Assembly: GCA_965279515.1 (NCBI GenBank)
Contig: CBDIID010000003.1
Location: 800,001 to 864,000, forward strand
DNA: 64,000 nucleotides
Direction of reading: 5' to 3'
Source of the DNA: Turneriella sp.
GTDB taxonomy: Bacteria; Spirochaetota; Leptospiria; Turneriellales; Turneriellaceae
Below are positions 9,688-18,309 of the stretch, one piece after another (positions within the stretch are counted from its first letter, which is position 1; each line of letters opens with the position of its first letter). The notes under the pieces are model-generated. The model ran no database searches, had not been told where the DNA came from, and was given only the letters and a program-made list of their open reading frames with translations. Position numbers and translations under genes: made by a program.

Positions 9688-10137
9688 TTACTTCTTTTCG
9701 AGGTTTGAAACTGAAACTGTACCGTCGCCGTTAAAAGTAACTTTTTTGCTTTTTGCAGGAAGAGTCACTTCTTTCGCCTGGCCCTTGGCCTGATCATAAA
9801 CTACATCGCCGCGGACTTCTTTGCCCGCTTTGTCGTAGATTTTCACTTCTTCTGGCTTACCGTCTTTGAAAGAAACAGTTTTTGTTTTAGCGCCGTTTTT
9901 GTCGTCGAAATATTCGACCGATGTGAGTTTCTTGTCTTTGTAAGACGTTACTTTCTCATTCACACCGTTCTGGTTGGCGTCAAACAGCGCTTTCGCTTCG
10001 CTGTCATTCATGGTATCATAACGGCCGATAACTTTACCGGATCCGTCTTTGAGCTGCTGGGTTTTTGCAGATGTTCCGCAGTTCAGCGAAACCGCCGCCA
10101 CTGCGATAGTTGAAATAATAAACGTTGATTTTAGCAT
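9688..10137 (-). CDS. hypothetical Lys-rich lipoprotein
   Basis: Signal peptide ending SLN-C; GGAG RBS; repeated beta-hairpin-like units. Confidence 0.8.
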   Translation of the reverse strand: MLKSTFIISTIAVAAVSLNCGTSAKTQQLKDGSGKVIGRYDTMNDSEAKALFDANQNGVNEKVTSYKDKKLTSVEYFDDKNGAKTKTVSFKDGKPEEVKIYDKAGKEVRGDVVYDQAKGQAKEVTLPAKSKKVTFNGDGTVSVSNLEKK

Positions 10138-10213
10138 GGTATAGCTCCTCTCTTATATGTGTATCGTCAAGTCTTATGCCGATAGTTGAGTTTCCCGGGG
10201 AAACCCGGGCATT

Positions 10214-11653
10214 TTAGAACCGGTAAACCCATGACAGCGACCCGGTAAAAAACAGCCCGGGAGCGGTCTTATCGAAGATGTACTGTGTATGCGAGTTGAG
10301 GCTGATACCCCACTTCGGTCCGAAAAAGATCGCATAGGTAATACCTGCGGAAACCGAGGGTAAATAGAAGGTGATACTGGTAGCAGTATTCTTAATTACC
10401 CCCGCCATGACTCCCCCCATCACATACGGGGTCAGCGCCATTGTCGACCCGGAGAACAGAAACGTATAACCGAAACCGCCCGAGAGGCTGGCGCCGGTCA
10501 GATAATTCACCGGATCTTTTTTGAGGACATAATAGCCTTCGAGTTTAACCTGTGGCTGCAGCCACGGCTTCCAGACTTTCATACCAAATTGCACGTTGAG
10601 CCCCGTCAGTACCCCGAGATTCGTACCGGCGTCGAGAATCCCCTTGCCGCCCAAGACGCCGATGTGCAGCATCGTTACCGAGGCCGAGGTGAGCGTATCT
10701 TTTTTCAGTTCGACTTTCTCGCCTTTGGGGGTGACATCCTGCGAGGCCTTGGCGATACTTTTACGTTTTTCTTCGGGTTTTGCGGTAACCGCATAGACAA
10801 CAGCTGGCGCAGCTTTACCCTGGGCAACCGGGGTGATATTCACTTTTTTATCGCTGACCAGGACAATGAAGGCATTCTTCACACCATAGGCCTCTAGCCA
10901 GTTAATAATTTTGTCCCGCTGCCGGGTTTTTGCATAACCAGTTGCTTTATCTTGCTCTTCTTTGGTTACATTATATTCTTTATAAAACTCGTAGATCGTC
11001 AGGTAACGACCACGGTACGTGGTGCTCAACTCGTCTCTGAGCACCTCAAGTTCCTTTACGGCCGCCTTCTCTTCATCGGCGGTCGTGTATGTAGGCACGA
11101 GAACCAGAATCTTCAGCTCGTTTTGTTTGCTCTTTTCTTTTTCTGCAGCCAGGGCAAAGGCATAGATCTTCTGCACAATATCGCCCGACATACGGTCGAT
11201 GGCCTTGAAAATTTTCGCATCGAGGCTTGAACTGTCTTCAACCACGCCGATAATCTTTTTGCCCTGGGCATTGTAAATAACTGCCTTCATCAGCAGCTGA
11301 TCGCGGGTATCGTTGAGGCGAAAATTCCCGTAAATGAGGATATCTGACTGGGATTCGCGGGCGATTTTATCGGCATCGGCCTGCTGGTATTCACCGCCAA
11401 CATGTTTATACTTGTCTGCCGATGCGCGGACCTTATTCTCATCTTGCCTGACGAATTCGAAACGCGCGCGCATGGAATCATTGATCGCATCGGGTAGGCT
11501 CTTTTCAACCCATTCATGGTTTGCGCTGTCAGAGGCGTTAATGAAGGTCATGATTGCGACGCGCGCCAGGTCTGAGCCCTTAGTTTCTGCGGGTGCTGCG
11601 AGAATCGGACTCAGCAACAGGCCGGAGAGAAAGAGGGCGAAAACGCGTAACAT
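10214..11653 (-). CDS. outer membrane protein: N-terminal TolB-N/FlgO-like domain plus C-terminal beta-barrel
   Basis: Signal peptide from ATG 11653; VAIMTFIN...WVEKSLPDAI; amphipathic beta-strands ending in WVYRF. Confidence 0.7.
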   Translation of the reverse strand: MLRVFALFLSGLLLSPILAAPAETKGSDLARVAIMTFINASDSANHEWVEKSLPDAINDSMRARFEFVRQDENKVRASADKYKHVGGEYQQADADKIARESQSDILIYGNFRLNDTRDQLLMKAVIYNAQGKKIIGVVEDSSSLDAKIFKAIDRMSGDIVQKIYAFALAAEKEKSKQNELKILVLVPTYTTADEEKAAVKELEVLRDELSTTYRGRYLTIYEFYKEYNVTKEEQDKATGYAKTRQRDKIINWLEAYGVKNAFIVLVSDKKVNITPVAQGKAAPAVVYAVTAKPEEKRKSIAKASQDVTPKGEKVELKKDTLTSASVTMLHIGVLGGKGILDAGTNLGVLTGLNVQFGMKVWKPWLQPQVKLEGYYVLKKDPVNYLTGASLSGGFGYTFLFSGSTMALTPYVMGGVMAGVIKNTATSITFYLPSVSAGITYAIFFGPKWGISLNSHTQYIFDKTAPGLFFTGSLSWVYRF

Positions 11654-11815
11654 GACCGGCAGGAATGGACGCTGTGTTGAAATTTCAATCATAAATTTAC
11701 CAGCATTAAAAGGCACATTTTGGGGCCCAAAGGCTAACCGTTTGGTTAATACAAAAAATCGACGGGGTGGTTCCCGATTGTTATATTTTTTCTGAAAATT
11801 CAATAGAATAGCTCA

Positions 11816-12217
11816 GTGAAAACAAAAACAGTCAAAAAAGCTCCGGCCGGTACTAAGGCAGTCAAAGCAGCAGAGCCGATGTTTCAGCCGAAATGCCGCA
11901 ACTGCTCCGGTTTTGAAGAAAAACTCTCGGTTGTAGAGCAAAATCTCGTCAAAGAAGAAGTTTCACTGATGCATAAGCACGAAATCATTCGCCAGATGTC
12001 ATCGCTCATCGGCACAGATGCGCAATCGCTGACACAGGCAGAACAACTCTTCGAAAGCTTTAAGTACATGATCGCGGAGTATGTTGTGAAGCATGAATTT
12101 AACTGCGAAAGCAAACTCTCCGTGCAGATGGTCCTTTGGCTAGAGCAAAAATGCGAACCCGCGGCGATGCATCCTCTGCATGGCATCATCGGCCAGTATC
12201 TGCAGAAGCGCGCCTAA
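11816..12217 (+). CDS. hypothetical protein
   Basis: ORF fills the gap; contains CRNC; no recognised family. Confidence 0.65.
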   Translation: MKTKTVKKAPAGTKAVKAAEPMFQPKCRNCSGFEEKLSVVEQNLVKEEVSLMHKHEIIRQMSSLIGTDAQSLTQAEQLFESFKYMIAEYVVKHEFNCESKLSVQMVLWLEQKCEPAAMHPLHGIIGQYLQKRA

Positions 12218-12262
12218 TCACCATACGGCGCAAGCGCCGATTCGGTCACTGAAGAGCTCGAT

Positions 12263-13186
12263 TCACCTACCCGTATCTGAAGCCTGCCACACCCACGTCA
12301 GTTCATGGCCGTTGTGCCAGAGATGGTAGATCTCAGAACCTGCAATCTGCGCAAAATCGCCCACCACTCTCTTATCTGACATGCCATGGACTTTTAAGGT
12401 GCAGATCATTGCCCTGAGCTTCGGCAGCTGTGTCCATTCACGCACCGAGTTCAAAAGTTTCGCAGGTTCGCAGGCCATATCACTTAAAATAACCGACGCA
12501 GTTTCCAGTAGCGCTGGCGCAGGATGTAAACCGTCGCCGGCGATAAACTTCAGGCGCGGAAACTTTTTCATGAGTTTTTCATCCGGCGCGCTGCGGTCGA
12601 TCATGGTGACCTGGGCACCGAGCGACGCGGCGACATAGCTCCACCCACCCGGCGTGGCGCCGAGGTCGAGCACATGCTCAGCTTTCGCCGGGTAAATGCC
12701 GGTGAGTGTAAGCGTCTCCCAGAGCTTGAGATAAGCCCGGCTCGGCGGCCCGGTTTTGTCTTCGACAAAAGCAATTTTGCCTCCGGCAAAACTCCCCTTC
12801 AGCGGCTGCAGAGTGTAGATGAGGCTCTTGTCGTTTTCAAGCGTAAAGGCTCCGCCCGTGGGATGTACCGCGGCGGGGGAAAACTCCAGGTTCTTTTTGC
12901 TTTTTACCCTGAGGGCTTCGGCAATGAGTTGCCCGCGCCTGAAATGTGCGCCGCCTGCATAGGCCCAGTGGCGGCCGAGGCTGCGCAGTTTTTTCGCCGC
13001 ATCGTTGATTGAATTAAAACTCAGCCGTTCGGCAGCGGGCCAATAGTCGAGAACCCAATACAGCCGCAGGTCACGTTCTGCCCAAAAGATGTTGGGATAG
13101 ATTTCCGCGGGGCGCGCTCCGCTTTGCCTGATCTCGTCGGTAAACTCTTCCCGCAGCTCATCGCGGATAAAATAGACGGCACCCAA
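12263..13186 (-). CDS. FtsJ-like SAM-dependent rRNA methyltransferase, RlmM-like (start TTG 13186 or 13228)
   Basis: PPSRAYLKLWE, LDLGATPGGWS, SDMAC, ELT motifs. Confidence 0.85.
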   Translation of the reverse strand: MGAVYFIRDELREEFTDEIRQSGARPAEIYPNIFWAERDLRLYWVLDYWPAAERLSFNSINDAAKKLRSLGRHWAYAGGAHFRRGQLIAEALRVKSKKNLEFSPAAVHPTGGAFTLENDKSLIYTLQPLKGSFAGGKIAFVEDKTGPPSRAYLKLWETLTLTGIYPAKAEHVLDLGATPGGWSYVAASLGAQVTMIDRSAPDEKLMKKFPRLKFIAGDGLHPAPALLETASVILSDMACEPAKLLNSVREWTQLPKLRAMICTLKVHGMSDKRVVGDFAQIAGSEIYHLWHNGHELTWVWQASDTGR

Positions 13187-13187
13187 A

Positions 13188-14192
13188 TTATCCTTCAAAA
13201 AAGCCGCGGACCTTGCGCAGCTTTTCAATCCAGCCCTTTTTATTGCCGCCCGGATTGAAGATGACCGGCTTCAGGTCGAAACCGCGCAGGGTGTCGTGGA
13301 CAAATTTGAGGATATAATGGAACACCTTTTCGCGCGCCAATTGGTGCGTCACCAGCACATGGTGCGTGCTCAGATTTTCATCCAGGCTAAACACAAAGGC
13401 GCGTTTTTCACTCGACGAAATCTTGCGGAAGATATAATGCATGTTCTCGATATGCACGGTCTGGTCGCCGGTCGCATGGATAAGACAGGTCGGTTGTTTG
13501 ATGCGGTAGAGCCGGCTCTTTACTTTTTGAATCCCCAGCTTAAACGAATGCAGCGCCGGCAGCGTATAGGCCTCGCCATAACCGACCCAGGGAATCATCA
13601 CCTTCTCTGAGACGCCGCCCTGCGCCTTGGGTATATGTGTAATAAAGTTCTTGAGAATGCCCGACAAGAACAGCCGCGGGTCGCGCACCAGCAGGCGGCC
13701 ATTGAGAAAACCATTGAGCATTACAGGGGCAGAAATACAGATCATGCCGGTGGGGGGCGAATGTTTCTGCACCTGCGTTGCGAGATTCAGGCAAAGATTT
13801 CCGCCCATCGAAAAACCAATCAGGAAAAAATGCCGGAAGCGCGGCCGTTCGCGCAGGTAGATCTCAAGCACGGCAGCGAGCCAGTGTTCGTAACGCGTCT
13901 TCGCGAAATCCTTGATATTGGTACCGTGACCGGGTAAGAGCGGCGCCACAACGGTATGCCCTTCGCGGTGCAACAGGTCGCCGATGTTGCGCATCGTATA
14001 CGGCGAATCTTCAAAGCCATGCACCAGCAGAAAACCGACGTCGGTCGTGCCCTGCAGCCTGAAAGGCTCGGCGCCCCGCATGATCTTGATTGCTGGCGGG
14101 GGTTCCTGAAAATCGCGCGGATTGACTTTTTCGGGCAGACCGTAATGGCCGACGATGAAGACAATGGCGATCAGTACCAGAAGCCAAAACAC
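13188..14192 (-). CDS. membrane-anchored carboxylesterase (alpha/beta hydrolase)
   Basis: Likely GTG start 14192 followed by a TM helix; LLVHGF, LPGHGT, GFSMGG, D and H catalytic positions. Confidence 0.88.
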   Translation of the reverse strand: MFWLLVLIAIVFIVGHYGLPEKVNPRDFQEPPPAIKIMRGAEPFRLQGTTDVGFLLVHGFEDSPYTMRNIGDLLHREGHTVVAPLLPGHGTNIKDFAKTRYEHWLAAVLEIYLRERPRFRHFFLIGFSMGGNLCLNLATQVQKHSPPTGMICISAPVMLNGFLNGRLLVRDPRLFLSGILKNFITHIPKAQGGVSEKVMIPWVGYGEAYTLPALHSFKLGIQKVKSRLYRIKQPTCLIHATGDQTVHIENMHYIFRKISSSEKRAFVFSLDENLSTHHVLVTHQLAREKVFHYILKFVHDTLRGFDLKPVIFNPGGNKKGWIEKLRKVRGFFEG

Positions 14193-14232
14193 GAGGGAGA
14201 GAATCTTTTTCCCGCAGACGCGTAAAGAACCT

Positions 14233-14424
14233 TGCCACGTCCCTGTATCATGGTTCAAGCACAGACGACATCCTTGTCGGCTTGAACCTCCGTACATCCG
14301 TGTACCATGGTTCAAGCACAGACGACATCCTTGTCGGCTTGAACCTCCGTACATCCGTGTGCCATGGTTCACGCATAGATGACATCCTTGTCAGCGTGAA
14401 CCACGGCACATCCTTGTGCCATGG
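14233..14424 (-). repeat. 57-bp tandem repeat (3 full units plus flanking partials) of GGA-loop hairpins; candidate CsrA/RsmA-binding RNA
   Basis: Units start at 14249, 14306 and 14363 (CATGGTTCAAGCACAGACGACATCCTTGTCGGCTTGAACCTCCGTACATCCGTGTAC); seven ACANGGAYGT motifs on the minus strand. Confidence 0.9.
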
Positions 14425-14894
14425 ATCAAAGAAAGCGTATTGCCCTTGTCGCGCATGATAACTGCAAACCGGATCTCATCGAGTGGGCCGAATATAACTG
14501 GAGCACACTCGCGAACCACGAACTCACCACCACCGGCACAACCGGCGCGCTGATTGAAAAGGCGATCCGCACGAAAAATGGGGCGACCGCCATGGACCAG
14601 ATCAAAATCCGCAAACTCAAATCGGGGCCGCTGGGTGGCGACCAGCAACTCGGGGCCCTCATCGCCGAAGAGAAAATCGACGCCATCTTCTTTTTTTGGG
14701 ACCCGATGCATGCTCAGCCGCATGACGTCGACGTCAAGGCACTGCTCAGAATCTGTGTGCTCTACAATGTTGTCAGCGCCTGCAACCGCGCCACAGCCGA
14801 TTTTGTCATTTCATCACCATTGTTTTCGGCGCAGTATAACCGTAAGGCCCCGGATTTCAGCGAATATACCGGTCGCTACAATAAGGAGAATTAA
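14421..14894 (+). CDS. mgsA: methylglyoxal synthase
   Basis: IALVAHD, TTGTTG, SGPLGGDQQLG, FFWDP..QPHDVDVKALLR. Confidence 0.97.
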   Translation: MDQRKRIALVAHDNCKPDLIEWAEYNWSTLANHELTTTGTTGALIEKAIRTKNGATAMDQIKIRKLKSGPLGGDQQLGALIAEEKIDAIFFFWDPMHAQPHDVDVKALLRICVLYNVVSACNRATADFVISSPLFSAQYNRKAPDFSEYTGRYNKEN

Positions 14895-15336
14895 ACCACG
14901 GCCAGCGTGACCGTTGCGCGCGCGACGAGTTTTTTGCGCGTGCCTTGAAACGTGTAAACGAAAGAATCAGCGATAATCAGGGTCTTGCCGTTTTTTAAAA
15001 CAAAGGCTTCACAGTGTACCTTTTCGCCCTTCGCCGGGCGTAAAAGGTTTATCTTAAATTCTGCCGTTAGCACAATTTTGTCGGCAAAAATCAGCGTCGC
15101 TGCAGCGCCCCCCCCGTGTGATCGGCGATCGTCGCGAGAACTCCCGCGTGAATAAAACCGTTTTGCTGCTGATGTTTTCTCTGAATGATACATTCGGTGA
15201 CAGCACTGCCTGCGGCGACAGAAACCGGCAAAAGTCCCAGATCATTGATAAACGGCGCTGCGTGAAAAATACCGGCCACCCGCGCGGCGAAATCCGGGTC
15301 GAATGGTTTATAGGTTTCGTATTCGTAAGCGGGCAC
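14891..15336 (-). pseudogene. PaaI family thioesterase, frameshifted at a G8 tract (15108-15115)
   Basis: The 5' half (QQNGFIHAGVLATIADHT) and 3' half (AAATL...VLTAEFKINLLRPAKGE...VARATVTL) lie in different frames joined at the homopolymer. Confidence 0.8.
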
Positions 15337-15346
15337 GGAGCCGTGC

Positions 15347-16780
15347 CTATTTTGCCAGTTCTTCGGCAAGCAGCTTGTTCGCCACCTGCGGATTCACCTT
15401 ACCGCGTGTCTTCTTCATGATCTCGCCCTGCAAATGTTTGAGCGCGCGGTCCTTGCCGGCTTTAAAATCCGCAACGGATGAAGGATGCTCACCGAGCACC
15501 GCGAGTACGATTTCGAGAATCGCCTTCTCATCGCTGATCTGTGACATGCCTTTCTCGTCGACGATTGCCTTGGCCTTTTTGCCGCTCTGTACCATCTCGG
15601 CAAAGACCTCTTTGGCAATTTTACCCGAGATCACGCCTGAATCAATCAGGTGGATTAACTCCGCGAGGTTTGTCGGCGGAAAAAGCGCACTGAGCGCTTT
15701 GTTTTTTTCTTTCACGATCGCCAGCATCTCTACCATCACCCAGTTCGATGCCTTTTTCGCGGGAGCGCCAGCCTTGAGGACTTCTTCAAAATAGAGCGCC
15801 GTATCGCGCTCCGATGTCAGAACGCCCGCGTCGTACTCGGGCAGGCCAAACTCCGTCACATAGCGCGAGCGCTTTTGGTGCGCGAGTTCGGGCAGATCTT
15901 TACGAATGCGCTCGATATCTTCTCTCTTTAAGATAAGCGGAACCAGGTCGGGATCGGGAAAATAACGGTAGTCGTGCGCTTCTTCTTTGCTGCGCATCGA
16001 TGCCGTTGCGTCGCGCGCCGCGTTGTAAAGCCGGGTCTCCTGGGTGACTTTGCCGCCCGACTCAATGAGTTCCGACTGGCGGACAATTTCATACTCGATG
16101 GCGGCTTTGACCGACTTAAAGGAGTTCAGGTTTTTAATTTCGACGCGCGTACCCAGCTTGTCGGTACCTTCAGGGCGCACACTCACGTTCGCATCGACGC
16201 GTAAGCTGCCCTGCTCCATATTACAATCGGAGACATCGATATATTCGAGAATTTTTTTGAGTTCCGTGAGGTAGGCTACTGCCTCGTCGGAGTTGTCGAT
16301 GTCGGGCTCTGAAACGATTTCGATCAGCGGTGTGCCCGCGCGGTTGAGGTCGACATAACTTTCATGCACCGAGGGATCTTCAGAGTGCATGAGTTTTCCC
16401 GCATCTTCTTCCATATGGATGCGCGTGATGCGGATCGTCTTCTTGCCGCTTTCGATTTCAATATCTATTTTGCCTTTGGTGCAATACGGTTCGAAAAACT
16501 GCGAGATCTGGTAGCCCTTCGGCAGGTCAGGATAAAAATAATTTTTGCGGTCGAACTTACTGCGCTCGTGTATCGCGCCCTCAAGCGCGAGGCCCGCGCG
16601 TACGGCCTTGACGACTGCTGCGGCATTCAAAACCGGCAGGGCGCCGGGAAGCCCCAGGCATACCGTCTGCACTTCGGTATTGGCGTCGGCACCAAAGGAC
16701 GTCGCTGCGGTAGAGAATAACTTGCTCTGGGTATTGAGCTGGCAGTGGACTTCGAGACCGATGGTGGGGACGAACTTCAT
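15347..16780 (-). CDS. gatB: Asp-tRNA(Asn)/Glu-tRNA(Gln) amidotransferase subunit B
   Basis: IGLEVHCQL, RKNYFYPDLPKGYQISQ, HMEEDAGK, DYRYFPDPDL. Confidence 0.98.
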   Translation of the reverse strand: MKFVPTIGLEVHCQLNTQSKLFSTAATSFGADANTEVQTVCLGLPGALPVLNAAAVVKAVRAGLALEGAIHERSKFDRKNYFYPDLPKGYQISQFFEPYCTKGKIDIEIESGKKTIRITRIHMEEDAGKLMHSEDPSVHESYVDLNRAGTPLIEIVSEPDIDNSDEAVAYLTELKKILEYIDVSDCNMEQGSLRVDANVSVRPEGTDKLGTRVEIKNLNSFKSVKAAIEYEIVRQSELIESGGKVTQETRLYNAARDATASMRSKEEAHDYRYFPDPDLVPLILKREDIERIRKDLPELAHQKRSRYVTEFGLPEYDAGVLTSERDTALYFEEVLKAGAPAKKASNWVMVEMLAIVKEKNKALSALFPPTNLAELIHLIDSGVISGKIAKEVFAEMVQSGKKAKAIVDEKGMSQISDEKAILEIVLAVLGEHPSSVADFKAGKDRALKHLQGEIMKKTRGKVNPQVANKLLAEELAK

Positions 16781-16825
16781 GGTTCAGTTTTACGCTTGAG
16801 ATAGGAAGTAAAATTGATTTAAGAA

Positions 16826-16900
16826 CCTAACCCCACCCCCTATCCCCCTCCCCATTAACATGGAGAGGGGGAAAAGAATTAGCTAAAAACCCTCTCCACG
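16826..16900. repeat. REP-like palindromic element
   Basis: CCCCCTCCCCAT-TAAC-ATGGAGAGGGGG hairpin with a second CCCTCTCCA arm. Confidence 0.5.
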
Positions 16901-16939
16901 TCAGGCGTCGGCCAAGAGGCCACCAGCCGATTGGTGGGG

Positions 16940-17836
16940 CTACGCGACTTTGTCTATCCGCGCATCAACCAGGCTCGCAAACTCGTCGAACAACGCCTTA
17001 TCGTCCATATCGGACGGGTGAAAATTGGGTTTGAAGTAGGTCACAAACGCGACTGCAAACTGCCGGAACATGCCATCCTTGTGGAAGGATTCATAACCAA
17101 GCGATCGGATCACCTGCAGCCAGTCGATGTTTTTCTCCTGGCGGAAAATGTGGGCAAAACCCCAGACCGAAAGCCCGCCAATCAGGAAGGCGGTAATGAC
17201 CATCGCGCCCGTGCGCAGGAAATAATTCGGATCGACCTCGCGCATCACGTCAAACGCGACATGCTTGTGCTCGATCTCTTCGATGGCATGCCAGTAGATC
17301 AGGTCTTTGATGCTCTGGCTGTCAAATTTCGCGAAAGATTCCGATTTCAGCGCCGCCGCGCCCCAGGTCGCAGTAAAATGCTCGGCGGCTGCGGTCACCG
17401 CCACCTCGAGCTTACCCCCGCCATACGGCATCAATTTTTCCGAGAACTTTTCGAGAAAGCCGAAGGCAAACCCGGTCCAGTTCTTCAGGAAGCTATCGAC
17501 ATCGTAGCGTGTTCCGAAAATTTCATTATTCAAAATTTCATGCTGGCGGCCGTGCTGGGCCTCCTGCGCGATAAATGCTTTCACGTCGACGCGCAGCTGT
17601 GGATCGCTCAGCTGATCGGCATAACGCTTCACCGCGCGGATAAAAAAGCGTTCACCCTCCGGGAAAAGCAGGCTGAGGCCCACGAGGTAGGCGCGGCGGA
17701 ATACGTTATTCTCCGTCGCTTCGGGATTGGGGGATTCAAAACTGAAATCCTTAAAATTCCACTGGGGGGAGCGCACTTTGGGGGGCGTCACGGTTTTGTG
17801 CCCTGCGGGCGGATTCTTCTCATCAAAAAAACTCAT
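16940..17836 (-). CDS. predicted metal-dependent hydrolase (ferritin-like, PF10118-type)
   Basis: FPEGERFFI, QEAQHGRQH, EHFTA, WHAIEEIEHKHVAFD; GGAGG RBS before ATG 17836. Confidence 0.9.
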   Translation of the reverse strand: MSFFDEKNPPAGHKTVTPPKVRSPQWNFKDFSFESPNPEATENNVFRRAYLVGLSLLFPEGERFFIRAVKRYADQLSDPQLRVDVKAFIAQEAQHGRQHEILNNEIFGTRYDVDSFLKNWTGFAFGFLEKFSEKLMPYGGGKLEVAVTAAAEHFTATWGAAALKSESFAKFDSQSIKDLIYWHAIEEIEHKHVAFDVMREVDPNYFLRTGAMVITAFLIGGLSVWGFAHIFRQEKNIDWLQVIRSLGYESFHKDGMFRQFAVAFVTYFKPNFHPSDMDDKALFDEFASLVDARIDKVA

Positions 17837-17850
17837 AGTTCCTCCTATCA

Positions 17851-17902
17851 TGAACAAGCGTTCAACTTAAGCAATAGCCGGCAAACTTGACGCAAGCGTC
17901 AA
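17851..17902. promoter_or_regulatory. two short dyad sites in a divergent promoter region (putative operators)
   Basis: TGAAC-AAGC-GTTCA (17851-17864) and TTGACGC-AA-GCGTCAA (17887-17902). Confidence 0.4.
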
Positions 17903-17967
17903 TAAAAAAACGAACGATGCTTCACCAAATACTTGCCAAATTGTATACATTGTGTATATTATCTGCC

Positions 17968-18267
17968 TTGATTAAAGCGTTTCAACGCCCTTTTGCTATC
18001 CTATCGCTCTTTTTCCTTTTGCACGCCATTACCCCAGGGGCATTTTTCGGGCTCAGCCTGATCGATGATGATTCGCGCACGGTTGCACAGACCTCAAACC
18101 CGATGGCTGAAGAAGAAGAAGATGAAAACAGCGACCTCAACCTGAAATTTCTGCAGCCCGTAACCAGCACAGCCCTACCCGTCCTCATCGTTTCTTTTCC
18201 CAAGCCTGACGAAATCCCCATCTCGGGTTTCGTCGAAGAAATCCCCACCCCCCCTCCCCTGAGCTGA
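17968..18267 (+). CDS. small leader-like ORF: hydrophobic N-terminus, acidic tract, C-terminal IPTPPP (start uncertain)
   Basis: AILSLFFLLHAI, AEEEEDE, EEIPTPPPLS*; ends 42 nt upstream of the SulP-CA gene. Confidence 0.6.
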   Translation: MIKAFQRPFAILSLFFLLHAITPGAFFGLSLIDDDSRTVAQTSNPMAEEEEDENSDLNLKFLQPVTSTALPVLIVSFPKPDEIPISGFVEEIPTPPPLS

Positions 18268-18309
18268 GCTTCGGTTCAGTTTTTAATTTTTTTTCTGGAG
18301 GATTTATTT

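Noticed and set aside
14193..14372. Repetitive N-terminal extension of the esterase ORF (MNHGTRMYGGSSRQGCRLC x2) and small ORFs across the repeat
   Set aside because: These arise from reading through the 57-bp repeat; a GTG at 14192 gives a normal TM-anchored N-terminus.
14249..14419. CRISPR array
   Set aside because: The units repeat over their whole 57 bp with no unique spacers, and no cas genes are in the window.
16931..17890. 319-aa plus-strand ORF
   Set aside because: Antisense shadow of the metal-dependent hydrolase, with no motifs; common in GC-rich DNA.
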